Shown here one piece after another: positions 58,233-64,000 of a stretch of 64,000 nt of DNA. The stretch lies in contig OY970399.1 of the NCBI GenBank assembly GCA_963720545.1, positions 1,216,001 to 1,280,000 on the forward strand. Direction: 5' to 3'. Position numbers and translations under genes: made by a program. Every line of letters begins with the position of its first letter. Within the stretch, counting starts at the first letter, position 1. Below the pieces are notes generated by a model. The model worked only from the letters and a program-made list of their open reading frames with translations. It did no database searches and had not been told where the DNA came from. This stretch comes from an uncultured Acidobacteriota bacterium. Its GTDB lineage: Bacteria > Acidobacteriota > Vicinamibacteria > Fen-336.

Positions 58233-59269
58233 GCGTGGACGCAGGCCCTGCGCGTCACTCCGCAGATGCGCGGCCCTCGGCCCGACCGGACCACCGGACC
58301 CGACGACACCGCGTCTTCCACCAGCGTTCCCAGCGCATCGATGAACGCCGGATGCGTGCCCACCGCCGGCACCCTTATATATAGGGGGACCAAAGCCTCG
58401 TCGGCCACCTTGCGAAAGTCCATGTCGAGTTCGACGAGCGTCTCCGAGTGCTCGGAGACGAATGCGATGGGAACGACGACGAGCGCAACGCCGTCACGGC
58501 CGGCGCGCCGGACTTCTTCATCGGTGTAGGGCTTCACCCACGCCACCGGCCCGACACGCGACTGGAAGCAGAGCACCCATTCGTCGCTGCCCAGCGACAA
58601 GCGGGTAGCGAGCGCCGCGGCGGTCGCGCGCGCGTGCTCGAGATACGGATCGCCGGACTTTTCGACGATCCGCTCCGGCAGGCCATGAGCCGAGAACAGG
58701 ACGCGCACGGGGCGCCCATGGCGGCGTGCCGCCTCGATACCGGCCTGCGTGAGCGCCGCCAGCCCCTCGATGAACCCGGGCGCATCGGGATAACAGCACA
58801 CAGTTGAAGTGGGAGCCGTGAGGCCGGCGGCGCGCGCCGCACGGTGCCAGTCTTCGAGCGACGACGCGGTGGTCGTGGTCGAGAACTGCGGGTAGAGCGG
58901 CAGCAGCACGATACGCTCGGCGCCGAACGCCTTCACCTCGGCCGCGACCGCGTCGCTCATGGGATGCCACGCGCGCATGCAGGGAAAGACCGCCACCTCG
59001 CCCAGCCCCGCAAGCCGCAGCGCCAGCGCCTGCGATTGGGCCACGGTGTTCGGCAGCAGCGGCGACCGTCCGCCGAGCCGCTCGTAGATCTCCCGCGCTA
59101 CCGGTCCACGCCGCCGCGCGATGAGCCGCGCCACCCACCGCCGCAGCGGATTCGGCAGCCCGATGATCGCGCGGTCGCTGAACAGGTTGTAGAGGAACGG
59201 CTCGACCGCCTCCAGCCTGTCGGGCCCGCCGAGGTTGAACAGTACGACAGCGAGTCGTGAGCGTACCAA
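58229..59269 (-). CDS. hemH: Ferrochelatase
   Basis: LFNLGGP, LPLYPQFSTTT, FSAHGLP, GDPY, FQSRVGP, FVSEHSETLVELD. Confidence 0.96.
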   Translation of the reverse strand: MVRSRLAVVLFNLGGPDRLEAVEPFLYNLFSDRAIIGLPNPLRRWVARLIARRRGPVAREIYERLGGRSPLLPNTVAQSQALALRLAGLGEVAVFPCMRAWHPMSDAVAAEVKAFGAERIVLLPLYPQFSTTTTASSLEDWHRAARAAGLTAPTSTVCCYPDAPGFIEGLAALTQAGIEAARRHGRPVRVLFSAHGLPERIVEKSGDPYLEHARATAAALATRLSLGSDEWVLCFQSRVGPVAWVKPYTDEEVRRAGRDGVALVVVPIAFVSEHSETLVELDMDFRKVADEALVPLYIRVPAVGTHPAFIDALGTLVEDAVSSGPVVRSGRGPRICGVTRRACVHA

Positions 59270-59291
59270 ATCCGGTTCCTTGCGGCGAGGT

Positions 59292-62200
59292 TCAGTCCAG
59301 GATGTCGAGTATCAGGGTACAACCCTGCGGCTCGCCGCAGTTGAGCCACCCGGAACGGACGATCTTCGTGGTTGTCGGCAGTCCGGCGAACGGCACGCGG
59401 GTGTCGGCGACCTGCCGCGCCACGTCGGGTGGCAGCTGCGCCGAATCGCGGCCACTGAGCGTGGTTTCGACGACTCCTTGACGGTTGACCAGCATCACCA
59501 GCCTGTAAGTCGCCTTGGCGGCGCCGCCGGTTTTCGCAATGGTCAGTGTGCGCTGGTCATAGAGCGCCTTCTGCCCGGTCGCCAGCAGCGACTCGCGAGC
59601 GCTCGCGTCGGGCACCTTCTTTGCCAACTGTCGGCGGGCGTCGTCTCCGTTCTTGCCGAGGGCGGCCAACTCGGCCAGCATCGCCAGGGCGGCTGCGGAT
59701 TGTTTCTCGGTCTCGTCCAGGATGGCGATTGCGCCGCCGTACCAATGATGAAACGTCAGGTTCCAGGCCGCCTCAAGGAACGTCCGGGCTTGCGCCAGTT
59801 CGTGGCGCTTCATGGCGTTCGTGCCGAGGAAGTGCCAGGTGGTGCCGAGCGCCCTAACCCAGGCGACGCCGTCCTCGAACATCTCATCGGGCGTCGCGCC
59901 GGCGAGCCACTTCTCGAAAGTGGCGGACGCCTTCTCGAGCGACGCGGTGGCGCCGCTCCAGTCTTCGAGCGTCGTGTACACCTTGCCCACATCGAGTGCC
60001 GTCCAGGGCGTGCCGCTCAGCTCGAGAGCACGGGCGCAGGCGTCGCTGGCTGGCGCCTTGTCCCCGGCCCACGCCGCGTTGCGGGCGAGGCCCAGCCATG
60101 CGCCCACGTCCTTCGCATCGAGCGTCGCCTGCTGCTTGTAGAGCGCCGCGGCATCGGCGTAGCGATCCTGGCTCTCGCGCCGCGAGGCCAGGCGGCCATA
60201 GCTCCAGTCCTCGAATGGGGCAACCTCGATCTGTTTCAGCAACGCCTGTTCGGCTTCGTCGTCCCGGCCCAGCTCGAACAGCTGGTAGGCGCGCTCCGCA
60301 TAGGCGTACTCGTGGTACGGCGCCAACGCGATGGCCTTGTCGAGCGCCGCCAGCCCATCCTGGTAACGATTCAGGCCGCGCAGCGCGAGCGCCAGTTCGT
60401 ACCACGCGGCTTCATGTGCCGGGTCGCGAACGGTGGCGGCACGGAACAGTTTCTCCGCCGCCGCGTTGTCCTTGTCATTCCAGCGGGCTTTTCCCAAGGC
60501 AACGAGGTCGTCAGCCGATGCCTCGGCGCCAAGCGCGAGAGCAGACGCTGCGATGGCAAACGTCTGTTTTCCGTCGGCTACGACGGCGCGCTGGAACGCC
60601 TCGTAAGCTCCCTGCTCCGCAACCGGAATCTTGCGCTGTTTAATCGTCAGGGAGCGCTCCAGCCGCAGCCGCCCGTCCTTGATCTCGTACTTCGAGGAGT
60701 AGCTCGCAAAGGGCCGGTCGAGGTTTACAGAAAGGGGCGCCTCCCCTCCCAAGCCCGCGGGAAGCAAGATCTCGAAGCAAACCGACGTCTGCAACGCGTC
60801 GTGCCACTCGACCGCAACGCCGTCCTTCGGTTTCCTGGCCACGTCGGGCAGGGTGATAGCCGCCGCCGGCGGGTAGAACTTCCAGGGTTTGCTCCAAGCT
60901 GCCCCGTCGCCCTCCCTGGTGTCGGCGTAGGCGACATCGACCGCGTATTGAAAGGAGAGAGGAGTCGCGACCGCCAGCGTATCGCTCACTTGCACAGCCG
61001 AGCGCTTCGCCGACGATCCCCACTCCGGCCCCAGGCTTTTTGCGATCTCGGACCATTTCTCCCGCGGCGAGACGCGCAGGGCGACGCGCAGCATCGGCTC
61101 TTCGTCGGCGCGAAGGGTTGTCTTGACGGTGGCCTTGATGGTGCCCGCAGCGCTGAGCGTCGCTTCGGTTGCGGTTTCGACAAATGAAGGGTACGGCAAC
61201 TCCATTGGCGTGCGCACGACAGACACCAGGGAATCGGCCGCCATGAGGACGCGCTTGTCGCGCCACTGCCAGGGCAGGAATCCGGCAGGCGCGACATCGA
61301 TCGTCGGATCCACCCAGAGCCAATCGGCCGGCGCGGGCCCCAACACCACTGCAGCGATGACGTGGTCGAACTGCCCCGTCGAAGGCACGTCGTCCAACAG
61401 GTCCTTGCGACTACTGTGTATCAGGGCAGGACGGATCTCAATGCCGGCGGCGCGGCCCATTGCGATGAGCAGCGCAACCTTGTCCTTGCAGTCGCCGTAG
61501 CGCGAGGTGAGAACCTCGTCGGGCTGGTGTGGCCGCAGGTGCCCCATGCCAAACGCAACGTTGAGGTAGCGGACCTGGCTCGCGACGAATTGCGTGAGTG
61601 CTACGGCCTTCTCGCGATTGCCCGACTTGCCGGCCATGAGGCGCGCCACCTCAGTGCGCACGGCGTCGCTCGGCACGAACGCGGGAGCTGCGAGAGTTCG
61701 CCACCAGGTGCCAACCTCCTCCCACGAGGCGAAGTTCGAGAACTCCACGTCGGGCACAGGTCCATCCTGAGCGCTGTCGTCCTTCCCGTCACCCGCTTCA
61801 TCGTCGGCGACGCCCTGATCGGCGCGCACAGCGAGCTTGCGCACGTTGCGGCCGGCGGGGGCCGGCACGTCCTGCCATGCCGCCTTCAACTGCGGATCGA
61901 CGCGAACGCGTACGGCGGCGGCAGCCGGCAGGTCCAGCTCGTAAGACTGCGACACGGCCAGCGAACGGGGGAAGAACGAGGTCCAGCCGGCAATCTTGCC
62001 CGGAAAGACCGGTTTGGCGGTCGAGGTGACCTGATAGCTCAACGTGTCGCCGGGTTCGACGCCCGGGACGGTCATCCGCTTGAGGCGCAGGTCCGCGACG
62101 ACGCCAACCCCCGCTGTGCCATAAGGATTCAGGTCTTCCACCAGGGGCTTCGAGACAGTCACTTTCCTGCCGTCCGGCTTCTCGAGGGTGACTTCGGCAA

Positions 62201-62462
62201 ATTCGACGGTGACGTAGTCGGCCACGTACGGGTAGGCCACTTGCCCGAATTGCGTCACCCCCGTGGAATCGAAGATCTTGATTCGAGCGCGGATGCGCCG
62301 TTCCGTGAAGCCGTCAGCTTCGACCCGATCGCGGATTTCAGCGGATTCGACGCGTGCCGACAGCGTCCCGGTTTCGGCAACTGACCCGGCCGCGGGCTGG
62401 GGGCCTGGCGATGGCTGCGCCTGGATCAGGGCTGCAAGGAGGAGGCCTGAGACGACGAACAC
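59292..62462 (-). CDS. DUF3857 + transglutaminase-like + TPR exported protein
   Basis: PGVEPGDTLSY; VRY..YGDCKDK, FDHVI, WVDPT triad; TPR repeats. Start uncertain (GTG 62462). Confidence 0.85.
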   Translation of the reverse strand: MFVVSGLLLAALIQAQPSPGPQPAAGSVAETGTLSARVESAEIRDRVEADGFTERRIRARIKIFDSTGVTQFGQVAYPYVADYVTVEFAEVTLEKPDGRKVTVSKPLVEDLNPYGTAGVGVVADLRLKRMTVPGVEPGDTLSYQVTSTAKPVFPGKIAGWTSFFPRSLAVSQSYELDLPAAAAVRVRVDPQLKAAWQDVPAPAGRNVRKLAVRADQGVADDEAGDGKDDSAQDGPVPDVEFSNFASWEEVGTWWRTLAAPAFVPSDAVRTEVARLMAGKSGNREKAVALTQFVASQVRYLNVAFGMGHLRPHQPDEVLTSRYGDCKDKVALLIAMGRAAGIEIRPALIHSSRKDLLDDVPSTGQFDHVIAAVVLGPAPADWLWVDPTIDVAPAGFLPWQWRDKRVLMAADSLVSVVRTPMELPYPSFVETATEATLSAAGTIKATVKTTLRADEEPMLRVALRVSPREKWSEIAKSLGPEWGSSAKRSAVQVSDTLAVATPLSFQYAVDVAYADTREGDGAAWSKPWKFYPPAAAITLPDVARKPKDGVAVEWHDALQTSVCFEILLPAGLGGEAPLSVNLDRPFASYSSKYEIKDGRLRLERSLTIKQRKIPVAEQGAYEAFQRAVVADGKQTFAIAASALALGAEASADDLVALGKARWNDKDNAAAEKLFRAATVRDPAHEAAWYELALALRGLNRYQDGLAALDKAIALAPYHEYAYAERAYQLFELGRDDEAEQALLKQIEVAPFEDWSYGRLASRRESQDRYADAAALYKQQATLDAKDVGAWLGLARNAAWAGDKAPASDACARALELSGTPWTALDVGKVYTTLEDWSGATASLEKASATFEKWLAGATPDEMFEDGVAWVRALGTTWHFLGTNAMKRHELAQARTFLEAAWNLTFHHWYGGAIAILDETEKQSAAALAMLAELAALGKNGDDARRQLAKKVPDASARESLLATGQKALYDQRTLTIAKTGGAAKATYRLVMLVNRQGVVETTLSGRDSAQLPPDVARQVADTRVPFAGLPTTTKIVRSGWLNCGEPQGCTLILDILD

Positions 62463-62518
62463 GCCCGGATTATACGGCGCACCGCGGCGCGACTTTAGGT
62501 GGGTAGAATCCGCGCCCA

Positions 62519-64000
62519 ATGGAAGTACTCGGGATCCTGTTCGGCGTCGGGCTCATTCTCGGCATTCCGCTTCTCGGTCTTGTCGGGTTCATCCGCAGCT
62601 TCTCGCTCAGCCGCCGGATCGAGGCACTCGAGGCTGCGGCCCGCGCCGAAGGCCGGCTGGTGGGTTCCGCAACCGGGGTGCCGCCGCCAGCGCATGCGCC
62701 AGCGCCGCCCGTCGTTTCCACTGCCTCCACCCCGCTCGAAGCGCAGCCGGTGCGGCGCGTGTCCTCGCAGGTGCCGACGACCGTCGGAGTGCCGACGGAG
62801 AAGATCCCGGAACCGCCGCCGACCGAGCGCATCGGCGAGCCGCCGCCGACCGACCGGCTTCCCGGCGCGCCGCCAACGGACAAGCTGCCGGAGCCGCCCG
62901 AGACCTCGAAGGTGCTCGAGCCCATCGGCCGGCCGCCGGTCGCCGACATCGCGACGAACCTCGGGCCGAAGATCATGGCCGGGGTGGCCGCCATCTTCGT
63001 GGTGACGGCACTCGCCTTCTTCGTGAAGTACGCCTGGGACAACAACTGGGTCGGCCCCGCCGGCCGCGTCCTGGGCAGCGCGCTCTTCAGCCTCATGGTG
63101 TTCGCGATCGGCATGAAGGCACTGGGCCGCGAGTACCGGCCGCTGGGCCAGGCGCTGATGGCCACCGGCCTCGCCGGGCTGTACGTGGTCGCTTACGCGG
63201 CGCACGGCGTCTATCAGCTCATTCCGGCAACGCCAGCTTTCGGCCTGATGGTGGCCGTGACCGCAGCCGCGGTGCTGCTCGCGATTCGGCTCGACGCGCG
63301 CCTGCTGGCCGCGCTCGCGTGGATCGGCGCGTACCTCGCGCCCGTGCTCATCTCCACCGGCGAGGATCGCGCCGAGTCGCTCTTCGCGTACCTCGCACTG
63401 CTCGCGGCGGGTGCGCTCGTCGTCGACCGGCGGCGCGAGTGGCCGGAAACCCTGGTGCTGGCGCAGGCGGGCACGTGGATCCTCTACGGCGGCTGGTTCA
63501 CGACCTTCGCGAAGGGGCCGCGCTTCACGGTCGCCGCCGCCGGCCTGCTGCTGTTCACCGCGCTCTTCGCGCTCGGCCCGCGCAGGACCAACTGGCCCTC
63601 GACGCTCGCGGCGCTGCTCATCGGCTCTGTCTGGATGCTCGGCGCCTTCGCGCAGGATGCCGTGGTCGTCGGCGTCGCGCTTCTCGGACTGGGTGCCATC
63701 GGCGCGCTTGCGATCGAACGCTTCGCCGGCTCGACGCTCGTGACGCTGGTGATCGGATGGGCGGCCGCCTTCTCGTGGTTCTCGGAAGCGGGACACACCG
63801 AGGCGCTCGTCGTCCGTCTCGCAGCGACCGTGTTCGTGTTCTACCTGGCCGTGCTCATCGTGCGCGGCAAGCGCATGCAGGAAGGCACCGGTGGCCTTGG
63901 CGCGACCGCGGGCCACGTGTTGAATGCGGCGGCCTTCTGGCTGGCGCTCTTCGGCCAGTGGTATCCGGCGCAGTTGTGGCCCCTCACTTTCGCATCCGTC
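62519..64000 (+). CDS. DUF2339-like polytopic membrane protein, running off the window end
   Basis: MEVLGILFGVG..RRIEALE, Pro-rich linker, AFFVKYAWDNNWVGPAGRV, GAYLAPVLISTG. Absent from the ORF track because no stop is in the window. Confidence 0.85.
   Translation, partial: MEVLGILFGVGLILGIPLLGLVGFIRSFSLSRRIEALEAAARAEGRLVGSATGVPPPAHAPAPPVVSTASTPLEAQPVRRVSSQVPTTVGVPTEKIPEPPPTERIGEPPPTDRLPGAPPTDKLPEPPETSKVLEPIGRPPVADIATNLGPKIMAGVAAIFVVTALAFFVKYAWDNNWVGPAGRVLGSALFSLMVFAIGMKALGREYRPLGQALMATGLAGLYVVAYAAHGVYQLIPATPAFGLMVAVTAAAVLLAIRLDARLLAALAWIGAYLAPVLISTGEDRAESLFAYLALLAAGALVVDRRREWPETLVLAQAGTWILYGGWFTTFAKGPRFTVAAAGLLLFTALFALGPRRTNWPSTLAALLIGSVWMLGAFAQDAVVVGVALLGLGAIGALAIERFAGSTLVTLVIGWAAAFSWFSEAGHTEALVVRLAATVFVFYLAVLIVRGKRMQEGTGGLGATAGHVLNAAAFWLALFGQWYPAQLWPLTFASV
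62792..62899 (+). repeat. Coding 27-bp tandem repeat, four copies
   Basis: PTEKIPEPP PTERIGEPP PTDRLPGAP PTDKLPEPP. Confidence 0.75.

Overview
GC-rich bacterial chromosomal window with about 50 genes. Gene content (Oar-like TonB-dependent receptor, paired MacB-type permeases, several sulfatase-like proteins) suggests Acidobacteriota; this is inference only. Housekeeping genes: nuoI, smc, a GspE/PilB ATPase, ctaA-like, hydA/preA, mscL, hemH, nucleoside hydrolase and ribokinase. No rRNA, tRNA or CRISPR array was recognised. Two candidate novel systems stand out. (1) At 863-7534, an apparent operon joins a copper-radical (galactose oxidase-like) enzyme, a receiver protein, a HEAT protein, a processive GT2 synthase and a TPR/beta-barrel exporter, suggesting an oxidatively modified exopolysaccharide. 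(2) At 52351-53906, an HNH nuclease gene has a palindrome upstream that recurs 33 kb away and degenerately inside the gene, plus a dense ACGGA array ending in a hairpin downstream. Clustered frameshifts (8.6, 33.5-35.2, 39.3-40.1, 44.4-44.8, 49.9-51.0 kb) look like long-read errors, so the pseudogene calls are provisional. All family assignments come from motif recognition, not database searches.
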